Shown: piece by piece, positions 15,582 through 24,981 of the stretch | Numbering within the stretch: position 1 is the first letter of the stretch | How the letters are laid out: the number at the start of each line of letters is the position of its first letter | IMG/VR virus record: IMGVR_UViG_3300020074_002050 | Coordinates: 1 to 60,188 of that record | DNA length: 60,188 bases | Strand: one strand, 5' to 3' | From: a virus | Taxonomy: Duplodnaviria; Caudoviricetes | Position numbers and translations under genes: made by a program | Notes under the pieces: generated by a model | The model's input: the letters and a program-made list of their open reading frames with translations, nothing else | Database searches by the model: none | What the model was told of the DNA's origin: nothing

Positions 15582-17783
15582 TCAAATTTTCGAAACGTCA
15601 ACAGAATTCTGCTGATTGATGAAAGAAATGTACTCCTTAAATTTTGCTTCATTTTTGTCGCGATCAGAATGCCAAAGATCGCGGTGAACTTCAAGCATGG
15701 GATAATTTTTATAAATTTCTTCAGTGACTTGATTTAAATATTTTGCACAAATAGAAACTGGAGTTTCATTGTCGTGGGACATATTAATTTTAAGATTCTC
15801 CAATACATGTCGCCATTTTTTAATAAAAATAGCGAATTCAAACATATTTAATTTCTTAAGAAGTTCTGAACAACATTTCAGTTTGTAATGATATTTCTGA
15901 CAAGTAATAATATCTGCAACCGTGGCAGTAAAAGTCATAATATTATATTCGTCATCAGTATTGCAAGAAATATATTCAAGAATCAACGACTTAACTTCAT
16001 CAGTGCAATTATTCCATTTATCTTGGACATACTTGACAACATCAACGAAGTCGGCGCGATTTTTAAATTTAGTAGTCGCAACTACATTATTTGACACTCC
16101 ATAAATAGGCACCTCAAACAATGCGTCTAATTCACTAAAAAAACGACTATTAAGTTTATTCTTTTCACGATAAAATTGTGAATACTGATTAATAGGCTTT
16201 CCATCAGAGATGGGAAAATAAAGCTTCGTAATAGCAGCGTCGTTGATTTCTTGAGTAAAAGAAGTTGAAGAGTGAAAAGCGGAACCTTGAATCTTATAAA
16301 AATAATTAGGAGTATATGAGCCACTAGCAGAAGGCTTTCTGTTAGAAGGAAGCTTTACTGGAGTCAATTCACTAAGATTGCAAAAACCAGACTTGACAAG
16401 ATCAAATCGATGAATTTCCTTAAACTTATCAATTCCATTGACAACATCAGAACCAACGATAGATGAATCATGACTGATAACAATGACATTGGTATATTTT
16501 TTAGCCAGATTAAATAAACGAGGAACAACCTTTGTATTTTCAGCAAGATCGTTAAAAACAATATAAGAATTTTTCTCATTACTAATTGTATAACCTCTAC
16601 TAATACTTACACGATCATTATTAATTAAAGTGTAAGTTTTAGAACTAACAGGAATTCGATACTGTTTATTGTCTACTTCGTAAGTGGCGCGATTAAAATT
16701 GCTAGCAGTAATCTTATATCCCTTAAACGTAAAAACACCTCTTGATTCAAGTTTATCAAAAATATTACTAGGAAATATATTCTTAATTTCTTTGAAATAA
16801 TTCATAGCATCGCGCAAACAATCAAATTGCTCGACATTACTCTTGATTGAATTAGTAAACTCTTCGCAAAAAGTTTTATAACGAGACTTTAGATAAGACT
16901 TTGTAGTCTTGTTGTATTCAAGAGCTTCGCGGGAATGATGCAATGAAACGCTACCAATATCAGCAAAAAAAACTAATTTAGTGATATGTTTAGTCCAAGC
17001 ATAATAATTGTCTTCGCTTTTGAAATCAAGGAGTTCTGCATTGATGGGATAATAAATGCCTCCTATTATAATACCTTGTCCACTATTTACATAAGGATTA
17101 TAAATAGTAGAAGTTATGCGAATCTGCCAACCATTGCCAGAGATAAGAATCTTTGGCTTATCAATCTCAGTCTGAACGTTTAGAAACTTCGGCAATACTT
17201 CAAAATTACTAAAGAAAGTCGAGATTTCACTATTGAATTTAGTGATGTCATTCTTAGAAACTCCAACAGTAATACAAATACCATTCTTTTCAGAAGTAGG
17301 ATCGCTGAATATCTCATCGATCTTCGTATCATTTTCTTCTGAGATATAAATAGAATAAATAGTCTTTACTCCGTTATGATAAGAAGTAACAGTAAAACTA
17401 TCTTTGTAAGAAAGAGGAGCAAAGCGTCCAATTCCAAAGCCGCCGATTGAAAGATCAGATCCGCGCTTTGTAGATTTGCCAAACTTGCTATACAGATTAA
17501 AAATTTGATCGCGACTCAAACCCGCACCAAAATCACGAACAGAAAAAGTCTGATCAAAACTAGTAGGACACTTGATTTCAATCGATTCGGGACTAAAACC
17601 GTTTTCGCTGTTTGCGTCTACGGCGTTTGCGTAAGTCTCGCGAATCGTCGCAAGAATTGTGTTTGAATAATTGTTGCGAAGAAGAGAGGAAATGTACCTC
17701 ATGTCTTCAGCATCAATCGAACAATTTACGGAGGGAAAATCGTGCGAGGTCGCAACGACTTTATCGGCAACAAGGATCTTCAT
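15582..17783 (-). CDS. rIIA: rIIA-like protein (N-terminal GHKL ATPase)
   Basis: IRETYANAVDA, VRDFGAGL, STKR, GGFGIG. Confidence 0.85.
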   Translation of the reverse strand: MKILVADKVVATSHDFPSVNCSIDAEDMRYISSLLRNNYSNTILATIRETYANAVDANSENGFSPESIEIKCPTSFDQTFSVRDFGAGLSRDQIFNLYSKFGKSTKRGSDLSIGGFGIGRFAPLSYKDSFTVTSYHNGVKTIYSIYISEENDTKIDEIFSDPTSEKNGICITVGVSKNDITKFNSEISTFFSNFEVLPKFLNVQTEIDKPKILISGNGWQIRITSTIYNPYVNSGQGIIIGGIYYPINAELLDFKSEDNYYAWTKHITKLVFFADIGSVSLHHSREALEYNKTTKSYLKSRYKTFCEEFTNSIKSNVEQFDCLRDAMNYFKEIKNIFPSNIFDKLESRGVFTFKGYKITASNFNRATYEVDNKQYRIPVSSKTYTLINNDRVSISRGYTISNEKNSYIVFNDLAENTKVVPRLFNLAKKYTNVIVISHDSSIVGSDVVNGIDKFKEIHRFDLVKSGFCNLSELTPVKLPSNRKPSASGSYTPNYFYKIQGSAFHSSTSFTQEINDAAITKLYFPISDGKPINQYSQFYREKNKLNSRFFSELDALFEVPIYGVSNNVVATTKFKNRADFVDVVKYVQDKWNNCTDEVKSLILEYISCNTDDEYNIMTFTATVADIITCQKYHYKLKCCSELLKKLNMFEFAIFIKKWRHVLENLKINMSHDNETPVSICAKYLNQVTEEIYKNYPMLEVHRDLWHSDRDKNEAKFKEYISFINQQNSVDVSKI

Positions 17784-17791
17784 GCGTGGTC

Positions 17792-17819
17792 AGTATGGCA
17801 GGTTATTCTGGGTTGTCAA
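17792..17819 (-). promoter_or_regulatory. sigma70-type promoter of rIIA, near-leaderless
   Basis: TTGACA-N16-CATACT, 8 nt to ATG. Confidence 0.7.
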
Positions 17820-17823
17820 GGGG

Positions 17824-17847
17824 TTCTTCGAAAAAATTTTCGAAGAA
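17824..17847. repeat. Perfect 11-bp inverted repeat just upstream of the -35 box
   Basis: TTCTTCGAAAA-AA-TTTTCGAAGAA. Confidence 0.75.
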
Positions 17848-18092
17848 GCCATCGTTTAATTCAAGGTAAAAAATGATACTGTTTTTGTTTTCAAATATTT
17901 TGATTTTACTAGCAATGTTTTGAGAACATTTATAAAATAATTCATTGTGATATTTATTTGCTGATTGTTTTTCATCGACTAATGCTCTGATAACATCTAA
18001 AACAAGTATCCGTAAATAAAAATTATTGTTGTTTTGTATTTTATAATAAAAATATTTTTCAATTATAACTGCAAATTTATGCGTCATAAAAA

Positions 18093-18166
18093 TGGAGCAT
18101 CATATCGGTACTGCCCCGATTTGACCTGTTTGGAAGACAGGGACATTACTTTTATGCTAATGATGC
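18093..18166 (-). tRNA. tRNA-Gly(TCC) with non-canonical D- and T-loops
   Basis: GCATCAT/ATGATGC+T+CCA, CCTGT-CTTCCAA-ACAGG; D-loop AAAAGTA, T-loop GGCAGTA. Confidence 0.8.
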
Positions 18167-18172
18167 TTTAAA

Positions 18173-18472
18173 TTATGGATTAATTATCTTTTCTAAATCG
18201 CAAACAGGTTTTAATCTTAATAAAGCTTTGCCGCCGTGTTCATTGTCATGTTGTATAGCGAAACAATGAATATAAATATATTCACCAATGAATCTTACAT
18301 CAATTAATTGTATGCTATGCTGATTGCCATCATTGGTTTTTAAAATAGCAAGTGGCGGCGAATTAACTTCTATATTTTTATATAAAGATTCTATATTTAC
18401 TTCTTGTCCAATGTAGTTTTCCAAAAACTTACCGCCATTATTTGTGCCATCTACATTGAGTGTGTATTTCAT
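18173..18472 (-). CDS. Hypothetical protein
   Basis: 99-aa ORF. Confidence 0.6.
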   Translation of the reverse strand: MKYTLNVDGTNNGGKFLENYIGQEVNIESLYKNIEVNSPPLAILKTNDGNQHSIQLIDVRFIGEYIYIHCFAIQHDNEHGGKALLRLKPVCDLEKIINP

Positions 18473-18642
18473 AGATCGATAGTATCTATGATTTCAGTTT
18501 TGGGATTATTTAATACTTGACGAAGTATACCAATAATTAAATGATCTTGCCGTGCTTGAGGCTTGAAATCAGCTTCTTTGTCAAAAATTTCAGCAATATC
18601 CTTTAAATCATCATCCCCGATATTAATAGTAACATGCTTCAT
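18469..18642 (-). CDS. Hypothetical protein (57 aa, not in ORF track)
   Basis: MKHVTINIGDDDLK...; ATGA overlap with next gene. Confidence 0.6.
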   Translation of the reverse strand: MKHVTINIGDDDLKDIAEIFDKEADFKPQARQDHLIIGILRQVLNNPKTEIIDTIDL

Positions 18643-18672
18643 GTACTAATTATAATATATAAAGTTATGTTT

Positions 18673-19617
18673 TCAATTAGGAAAACGTTTGATGTAATGA
18701 ACAAAAGCTTTATCTTTGCCTTTAACTTCAATCTCCCAAGTAACATCAAGGCCCATATCAGGTGGCGGCACAGTAAGATTTTTGGAATGATTGCGTTTCG
18801 TACCATCTTCAGCTTCAGACCAATGAAATACAGGAGAAACATTCCATGTCTGATAAAAACGCATAAAATTCTTCTCAAAAGGCACAACAGTACCATCAGC
18901 TAGTACAGATGGATTTGCGGTATCGTGCAAATTATCATAAGTAAGAGGAAAATGAAAATTATAAACCTGCTTCATGTAATTATGAAAGTAGTCATACAAA
19001 TTACTGCAAGTCCAAAAACCTTTGTCTTCGTTCTCCAAGACTAGTCTGTTACGAACTCCAATATCGCATCGAAAGAAGTTACGAATAAATTTATCTACAA
19101 ACTTTTCCGCTGATTCAAATGTAGAAAGACTAGGATGAATGTTCATGGGACATTCATAAGTCTGCGGCATCTTCATCTGATTCAAAACCCATGCATGAAA
19201 ATTAAGTTCAGCAATAGATTTGGCACAAACATCATCTGAATCTGAACCAAGAACAACAAATTGATCAGGATGAATAGAAATAGAAATATTGAGTTCTCGC
19301 GCAACACGACCTACTTCCATTAATTTCTGTTCAATAATGTTCCAATGTGGCAAAAGTTCTGCTTGAAGGTTAAGGGTCGGATCAGTTATTAAAGGAAATA
19401 GTTTGCAGGAAAGCCGATAATGCTTGATACCTACTTCCTTACAATGTTTGAGCGTTTCAATCGTAACCGTAAGGTTATGAGAAATACGTCGAGAAAGCTC
19501 TGCGATAGATTCATCTCGATTTTTTTTATGAAATTGAGCGCGAGTCATGATTTTGAAAGCCAAATCAGGATTTTTCTCTCGCAGTAATTCAGAAATGCAA
19601 ACTAGTCCGTATTTCAT
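18673..19617 (-). CDS. uvsE: UV damage endonuclease
   Basis: YGLVC, YRLS..LFP, SIHPDQF, RLVLENED, YDNLHD, FHWSE, IEVKGKD. Confidence 0.9.
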   Translation of the reverse strand: MKYGLVCISELLREKNPDLAFKIMTRAQFHKKNRDESIAELSRRISHNLTVTIETLKHCKEVGIKHYRLSCKLFPLITDPTLNLQAELLPHWNIIEQKLMEVGRVARELNISISIHPDQFVVLGSDSDDVCAKSIAELNFHAWVLNQMKMPQTYECPMNIHPSLSTFESAEKFVDKFIRNFFRCDIGVRNRLVLENEDKGFWTCSNLYDYFHNYMKQVYNFHFPLTYDNLHDTANPSVLADGTVVPFEKNFMRFYQTWNVSPVFHWSEAEDGTKRNHSKNLTVPPPDMGLDVTWEIEVKGKDKAFVHYIKRFPN

Positions 19618-19624
19618 CTTGGTC

Positions 19625-19652
19625 AGTTTAGGGGGTTTTTCAAAAATGTCAA
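19625..19652 (-). promoter_or_regulatory. sigma70-type promoter of uvsE, near-leaderless
   Basis: TTGACA-N16-TAAACT, 7 nt to ATG. Confidence 0.7.
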
Positions 19653-19657
19653 GGAAC

Positions 19658-19683
19658 AAAAAGCCCCCATTTCTGGGGGCTTT
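19658..19683 (-). terminator. Intrinsic terminator
   Basis: AAAGCCCCCA...TGGGGGCTTT with T-run on minus strand. Confidence 0.75.
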
Positions 19684-19686
19684 GAC

Positions 19687-20010
19687 TTACATTGGGATAC
19701 CATCATCATCCTCAGCACTCGCGGGTTGAGGCACTTTCTTTGGAGGCGCAGTCTTTACTGCCTTAGATGCAGCCGTAGCTTCAGGATTATCTTGCTCATT
19801 CGACAAATAAATAATAAAGTCAGGAGACTTTTCATTATTTTTAGTTTTATTAGCAAACATAATTACACGTTGCTTAATTTTAGCACCAAGTTCGTCTGTA
19901 ACGAGATATCCCGTGCAATACGAACTCTTTCCGTTGGCAGCAGCTTTCTTCCAAAGCGCACCAACTTCACGATTCTTCCAGTCTGTCTGCTTATCTGTAG
20001 TATTACTCAT
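19687..20010 (-). CDS. DUF736-like protein with acidic tail (candidate ssDNA-binding protein)
   Basis: EVGALWKK...GY...FANK.K..EKSPDF; ends EDDDGIPM. Confidence 0.6.
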   Translation of the reverse strand: MSNTTDKQTDWKNREVGALWKKAAANGKSSYCTGYLVTDELGAKIKQRVIMFANKTKNNEKSPDFIIYLSNEQDNPEATAASKAVKTAPPKKVPQPASAEDDDGIPM

Positions 20011-20110
20011 ATTTTTTATTGTGGTTTATAACTAAAACTAACGAAACTAATATTATAATTAATAGTAGCACTCATTTTTATTTAAAATTCGCAATTCTTT
20101 GCGCGAGAAG

Positions 20111-20138
20111 AACTTACCATGTTTTCGGTGGCTGTCAA
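20111..20138 (-). promoter_or_regulatory. sigma70-type promoter with ~95-nt leader
   Basis: TTGACA-N16-TAAGTT. Confidence 0.65.
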
Positions 20139-20146
20139 GAGGTTTT

Positions 20147-20335
20147 TCAAAAATTTGAGTGATCGTCTAACATCTTAACTTCCAACTGCAATCTATTTTT
20201 AAGAGCAAATATTTGTTTCAAATATTTATTACGTTGTTTTGCATTTTTAGCGGTGGAGATGTTGGTGATTACTTTATCAACTTCTTTATTAAAAAAATCA
20301 GCAGAATCTTCTAAAATTTTTTTATGGTTTATCAT
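20147..20335 (-). CDS. Hypothetical protein
   Basis: Overlapping operon ORF. Confidence 0.55.
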   Translation of the reverse strand: MINHKKILEDSADFFNKEVDKVITNISTAKNAKQRNKYLKQIFALKNRLQLEVKMLDDHSNF

Positions 20336-20840
20336 GAAGAGATTGTAAAAAATCTTGATCTTTTTTTATCCAATACAAGATTTTGTTAATACTATTATTA
20401 TTGATCTGAATGCAATTTATTCCATAAAATTTAAAAATTTGTTCGTATTTCAAGTCTGGTTGTTGCTCTGAATTTTTAAAATATTGTTTAATAAAAAACA
20501 CGCTTTTTATTTTCGATGCGGCGATTGTTTTGGCGCAATGAATGCATGGACTATAAACCATGCAAGCGTAGTATGGTTGCCTTGATGCATACAATATAGC
20601 ATTGATTTCGGCGTGATTAATTAAACAAGATTTTGTTTCCCTGTCTTTGAAAATGCTTTCATCGGGTATGTAACCGGGACCGAAACCGTTAAAGCCAGTA
20701 GATACTGTGCGCCATTCATCATCAAATAACGCAACACCTACTTGTGTGTGAGGATCTTCAGATCGGGATCTAGCAGACAACGCTAAATAGCATCCGTATT
20801 CAGGTTTTGATAGTCTAGGGCTATTCGGATTGAAACTCAT
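20322..20840 (-). CDS. dCMP deaminase
   Basis: RSEDPHTQVG, TGFNG, HAEINA, SPCIHC. Confidence 0.9.
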   Translation of the reverse strand: MSFNPNSPRLSKPEYGCYLALSARSRSEDPHTQVGVALFDDEWRTVSTGFNGFGPGYIPDESIFKDRETKSCLINHAEINAILYASRQPYYACMVYSPCIHCAKTIAASKIKSVFFIKQYFKNSEQQPDLKYEQIFKFYGINCIQINNNSINKILYWIKKDQDFLQSLHDKP

Positions 20841-21465
20841 AATACATTAATTCTTCATCTCCTGCGGTCCATTTGTGAGCAAGACCTTCACAGGAAAATT
20901 CTTTTGAAAATGGCTTCCAAGTTTTTGATTCTGGAGGAAGTTTACATGATATCCATGCTCCGCTGTCTCTAAAAATTATTCTGTTATTAGGTTGGGCGAA
21001 CATTTGTCCACCTTCGCCCCAAAAAATATGAGCGCATTTATGACCAGCAGATATTTCAGAATATCCTAAATTATAGTCTTCGCCATTACACCAATCAATT
21101 GTAAACAAATATTTAGCAACGTGCATTTTTTTATCTTTAAGATAAATATAAGCACTAACATTTTTTAGATACTCAAATCTTTGAACTGTAAAATAATAAC
21201 TAAAACAATCCCAAAGCTGTAACCAATCTAATGCATATTTAGTTATAGGTTGTTCACTATTGGTTAAATAATGAATAGGAACACGCGCAAATTGTGCGCC
21301 GTACTCGCTCATTACGTTGAACATTAAACATCGTCTAGGAATTGATACAACTGAAAATATTTCTACAGGAATGTATTTATCAGTTGTTCTTGGCGGACTG
21401 TCGCATAAAAATGATGTATCTAAATAGCCTATCTGCGTAGGTATATTTGTAGAAAGATAGCTCAC
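20821..21465 (-). CDS. Conserved phage hypothetical protein
   Basis: MSYLSTNIP...LQLWDCFSY...YLFTIDW...HKCAH...AQPNNRI. Confidence 0.7.
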   Translation of the reverse strand: MSYLSTNIPTQIGYLDTSFLCDSPPRTTDKYIPVEIFSVVSIPRRCLMFNVMSEYGAQFARVPIHYLTNSEQPITKYALDWLQLWDCFSYYFTVQRFEYLKNVSAYIYLKDKKMHVAKYLFTIDWCNGEDYNLGYSEISAGHKCAHIFWGEGGQMFAQPNNRIIFRDSGAWISCKLPPESKTWKPFSKEFSCEGLAHKWTAGDEELMYYEFQSE

Positions 21466-21650
21466 TATTCTCCTTTTTTAAATGTATCCATTAATTCGTT
21501 GACAGCTTTTAACATAGAGTCAAGAGTGGCAATACGGTTTGAATATAAATTCTCAGTTTTAATTTGTTCTTCTTGAATTAATTTTTTTAGCTCATTAATT
21601 TTTCTAAAAGTATTAATAGGTTTAGATCTTTCAAATTCAGATATGTTCAT
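21465..21650 (-). CDS. Hypothetical protein
   Basis: Coupled ORF. Confidence 0.55.
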   Translation of the reverse strand: MNISEFERSKPINTFRKINELKKLIQEEQIKTENLYSNRIATLDSMLKAVNELMDTFKKGE

Positions 21651-22240
21651 AATTTTTTATAAATGAAAAACTTACGCCATTCTTCTCTAGTGTTTAAGGG
21701 TTTACTAGGCAAGATGGGTATAGGCATAGGGACAGATTTTATATCGCGATTTTTGTGATCAAAGAATGGATACATATCCTTCTTTATCTGATTACACCGC
21801 GCACAAGTCAAGGTGATATTTTCGATTTCTCTTGTCCCTCCTTTCGAACGAGGAAATATATGCTCGACGGTAAGATCGCGTTTGTCAAATTTTTCGTAGC
21901 AAATCTGACAGGTAGAATCAAAAATTGTACACAATTTTAATAAACTCAGAGTGCGTGGTATCTTTTTTTTTCTTGAATAGAAAGAAGATTTTAATACGGC
22001 TGTCGTTGGTAAAAACCATATTTTATTTTTAGAAGTCAAAAATGGTTGATCGTTATAAAATTTTATATTCTCATTAGAAAACCATTGCAAATTATTGTCT
22101 ATTAAGTTTTCATTTGCATCAAAACATTTAATGTTATTCTTTATTAGATGCAAAAAAGTCGATCTGCCATTCAGAAAAGTATAAGGCATGAATAAGCTAT
22201 CTAATAGTAAAGTAGTTATCTGATAAGAATAACTCGACAT
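21647..22240 (-). CDS. HNH endonuclease (McrA-like)
   Basis: CQIC...TVEHIFPRSKGG...NITLTCARCN. Confidence 0.85.
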   Translation of the reverse strand: MSSYSYQITTLLLDSLFMPYTFLNGRSTFLHLIKNNIKCFDANENLIDNNLQWFSNENIKFYNDQPFLTSKNKIWFLPTTAVLKSSFYSRKKKIPRTLSLLKLCTIFDSTCQICYEKFDKRDLTVEHIFPRSKGGTREIENITLTCARCNQIKKDMYPFFDHKNRDIKSVPMPIPILPSKPLNTREEWRKFFIYKKL

Positions 22241-22246
22241 TGAACA

Positions 22247-22274
22247 ATTTTAACAAAAAAGCTCAAGATGTCAA
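22247..22274 (-). promoter_or_regulatory. sigma70-type promoter, leaderless
   Basis: TTGACA-N16-TAAAAT, 6 nt to ATG. Confidence 0.75.
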
Positions 22275-22276
22275 CG

Positions 22277-22304
22277 AAAAACCGCCAACTTTCGTTGGCG
22301 GTTT
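22277..22304 (-). terminator. Intrinsic terminator
   Basis: AAACCGCCAAC-TTTC-GTTGGCGGTTT. Confidence 0.75.
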
Positions 22305-22327
22305 ATTTGCTTAAATATAGGTCACTA

Positions 22328-23032
22328 TTAGAACGACCAACGCATACCTGCTACAGTAACAATGTCACCGCTGAACTCTCTAGTGGCAATATTATATTTT
22401 GATGGACTAAAATTATTGTCGTACCAACCAACCTCAACATAAGGAGTAAGATGATTAAAAAAGGTACGAGATACACCAATTTTGGCGGCTACAACTTCAT
22501 AATCTGTGAACTTGCCATACTCAATGCTTGGATTGAGACTGAACCAACCAAAAACATCAGTTGGACGCTCAAAACCAGCAATGTAACCAGATTGCTTTAA
22601 ATTAAAATCATGAGATCCGCGAAGGAACGGAGTGATATATGGATTTACTAAGGCAATTTTTGGAGCAATTTCAATTGAGTTACGACCACCGGGAATCGCG
22701 CTTTGATGACGTAGTCCTTGCAAATCAACACGGAGACTACACTTTTCAAGAATTTGAATTGACTTTCCGACACCAACATTCCAGTGCGATTCATCTAATC
22801 CATTTGAATCTGGCAGAACAATGCCGCCGAGATAAACATCGGCTCCAAAATATGAAGTACCGATATTGAAGCTGCCGAACCCTTGCCCTTCAGTTTTTGC
22901 TAAACCATTTATAATATAATGATTGTTATAGCCAGCTGAAACGTTGGCTGTGATTGGAACTTCATTATCCGCAGCAAAAACTGCGACTGAAGTTAGAATT
23001 GAAACGATGTATTTTTTAATATGATTGATCAT
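22328..23032 (-). CDS. Outer-membrane beta-barrel protein
   Basis: Signal peptide, amphipathic beta-strands, C-terminal GMRWSF. Confidence 0.7.
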   Translation of the reverse strand: MINHIKKYIVSILTSVAVFAADNEVPITANVSAGYNNHYIINGLAKTEGQGFGSFNIGTSYFGADVYLGGIVLPDSNGLDESHWNVGVGKSIQILEKCSLRVDLQGLRHQSAIPGGRNSIEIAPKIALVNPYITPFLRGSHDFNLKQSGYIAGFERPTDVFGWFSLNPSIEYGKFTDYEVVAAKIGVSRTFFNHLTPYVEVGWYDNNFSPSKYNIATREFSGDIVTVAGMRWSF

Positions 23033-23041
23033 ACGCAAATA

Positions 23042-23069
23042 ATTTTACACGATAATTTGCATAAGTCAA
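23042..23069 (-). promoter_or_regulatory. Overlapping sigma70-type promoter and GTGTAA motif
   Basis: TTGACT-N16-TAAAAT containing GTGTAA. Confidence 0.6.
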
Positions 23070-23689
23070 CAGATTTTTTCATGATCTTTAAGCTCTTTAA
23101 TATTTGTGAACTTACCCATATAAATTCCATCATCTTGTCTAACAGCGTGACATTTAACAGAAAAAGCTCTATTTTTGCCATCTATGATTATTATTTCATG
23201 TTCAAAATTTCTTTTATTTTCTATTGCTGATTGCCACCTTTCATTCACTTGATCTCTTATTTTTTCGCATAATGCATTTATCCAATTATTATTTTCCAAA
23301 TCTTTAAATAATCTATCAGTCAAACGAATGAGAGCATCATTTGCCCATGTAAAATTTCCTTTTTCATCTGTTTCAAATATTGGTTCTTCCATGCTTTCTA
23401 AAATCCATCGTTGGCGATATAAAATTATTTTTGTTGATGATTGAAGATCGCTGACTTGATCTTTTAGACTTTTACCGTTATTGGGTTTTAATTCTTTAGA
23501 TATAGTAGCAACTTCTGTTTTTAAAACAGCAATATCGTCTGTAACAGATATATATGGTTTTATTTTTCTTGTAAAATTCATCAAATAACCACCATATAGA
23601 ATTAAAGCTGCAATTGTGGCGTTTGCCAATGTCAAATAATCATTTATATTTTTTGTGGCTTGAACGACTTCTAAAACCGCATTTGTCAT
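23066..23689 (-). CDS. Membrane-anchored coiled-coil protein with C-terminal PAS domain
   Basis: One TM; ELKPNNGKSLKDQV; IFETDEKGNFTWANDA...W...FEHE PAS pattern. Confidence 0.7.
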   Translation of the reverse strand: MTNAVLEVVQATKNINDYLTLANATIAALILYGGYLMNFTRKIKPYISVTDDIAVLKTEVATISKELKPNNGKSLKDQVSDLQSSTKIILYRQRWILESMEEPIFETDEKGNFTWANDALIRLTDRLFKDLENNNWINALCEKIRDQVNERWQSAIENKRNFEHEIIIIDGKNRAFSVKCHAVRQDDGIYMGKFTNIKELKDHEKIC

Positions 23690-23804
23690 AAATATATATT
23701 AATATACACAAAAATACTTATATATTGAACTGCGAATTATTTTATATACAAAGCTGATATGTATTACATACTCGCAAAAATATTGTTTTGTTTTAATTCT
23801 TTTT

Positions 23805-24755
23805 TTATTTTTTCCACTTCAATTCTTTCAATATACTATCTACTAGGTCTTTCTCGCCTCTATCCATATCTTTATCTAGTTGATCAAAAATATATTGTAT
23901 CTTGAATGGTTTATCGGGATTATCTTTGTGTTTTTCTTTGAAATCTTGTATAACATCTACAATTTTAATCAACGGTGCCTTATATTGATCAAATTTATCT
24001 TTACTAATCAAATTGCTTATTTCAAAAGCTTTTGGAGTTAAACCTTTAAATACAGATATGACCATTGAACCAATCATATCAAATATGGAAAACGCTGCCC
24101 CGGCAACAGGGTTAATAGTAGCAAGCAATCGTAATATAATAAATATTACAGTAAATATTATTATTGCAGTTATAGCACTAAAAAAGAATTTCTTTAAACC
24201 CCAAAATACAGCATTTAATCCAAACATACCGCTCATGCTGTCAAGTGTAGCTTTATTTGAATCTGCTTGTTTAGCTATTTCTTTAGCTTTTTCATTCATA
24301 TCCCACATCTGATTGTCGTATTGTTCTTTCAATTCGGATGTTTCTTTTTGCAATTTATTAATAATTTCATCTTTTTCCGCTAACATTTTTTCACCGCGTT
24401 TACGTTCTTCAATTATTGCTGAATTTAACAAATCAACCATTTGTTTTACTTTATTCAGTTCGTCTATATGTGGTGTACCAACTATAGAAATAACGCGTTC
24501 ATTCAAGTCTTTAGCGGTTTTTACTTGTGTAGGAGGATTGGTTACGGCCAATAATGAATGTTGAATACCCGCTGCTAATGTAGCTGTTTGTATTTTCTTT
24601 TGTTTAGTGTTTTTTTCCAAATCTTCGATTGTATTTTCAACTTTTTTTTCTTCTTTAGCAATATTTTTTTGATTATCGTCAATTTGTTTAGCTGGTTTAA
24701 TTGAAGAAAAACAACCAGTTAAAATCAAAAAGAACAGAAGAAACGCTTTTTTCAT
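23805..24755 (-). CDS. Lipoprotein with long coiled coil and C-terminal TM segments
   Basis: MKKAFLLFFLILTG-C lipobox; hydrophobic FFSAITAIIIFTVIFIILRLL. Confidence 0.7.
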   Translation of the reverse strand: MKKAFLLFFLILTGCFSSIKPAKQIDDNQKNIAKEEKKVENTIEDLEKNTKQKKIQTATLAAGIQHSLLAVTNPPTQVKTAKDLNERVISIVGTPHIDELNKVKQMVDLLNSAIIEERKRGEKMLAEKDEIINKLQKETSELKEQYDNQMWDMNEKAKEIAKQADSNKATLDSMSGMFGLNAVFWGLKKFFFSAITAIIIFTVIFIILRLLATINPVAGAAFSIFDMIGSMVISVFKGLTPKAFEISNLISKDKFDQYKAPLIKIVDVIQDFKEKHKDNPDKPFKIQYIFDQLDKDMDRGEKDLVDSILKELKWKK

Positions 24756-24801
24756 ACACATATCTTTACACGGATTAATTAAATTGTGCTTATTTAAAAA
24801 A

Positions 24802-24981
24802 TTATCGTTCACCTTTAACCATAAATTCATAACCGCAAGATGGGCAAACTTTAAAATTATTTTTTAAATCATATTTGCATTCAGGACATTTAAATTTTCT
24901 GTTCCAAATTATTGTATCGTAATTGGATTTATATTTTTTACTAAAACAATTTCTAGGTTTGTCTCCTTTACCAGCACTCAT
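24802..24981 (-). CDS. Small Zn-ribbon protein (59 aa, not in ORF track)
   Basis: MSAGKGDKPR...CPEC...CPSCG. Confidence 0.6.
   Translation of the reverse strand: MSAGKGDKPRNCFSKKYKSNYDTIIWNRKFKCPECKYDLKNNFKVCPSCGYEFMVKGER

Noticed and set aside
17803-18087. 94-aa ORF between tRNA-Gly and rIIA
   Set aside because: Very AT-rich, no motif, and its end runs through the palindrome and promoter; coding status unsupported though not excluded
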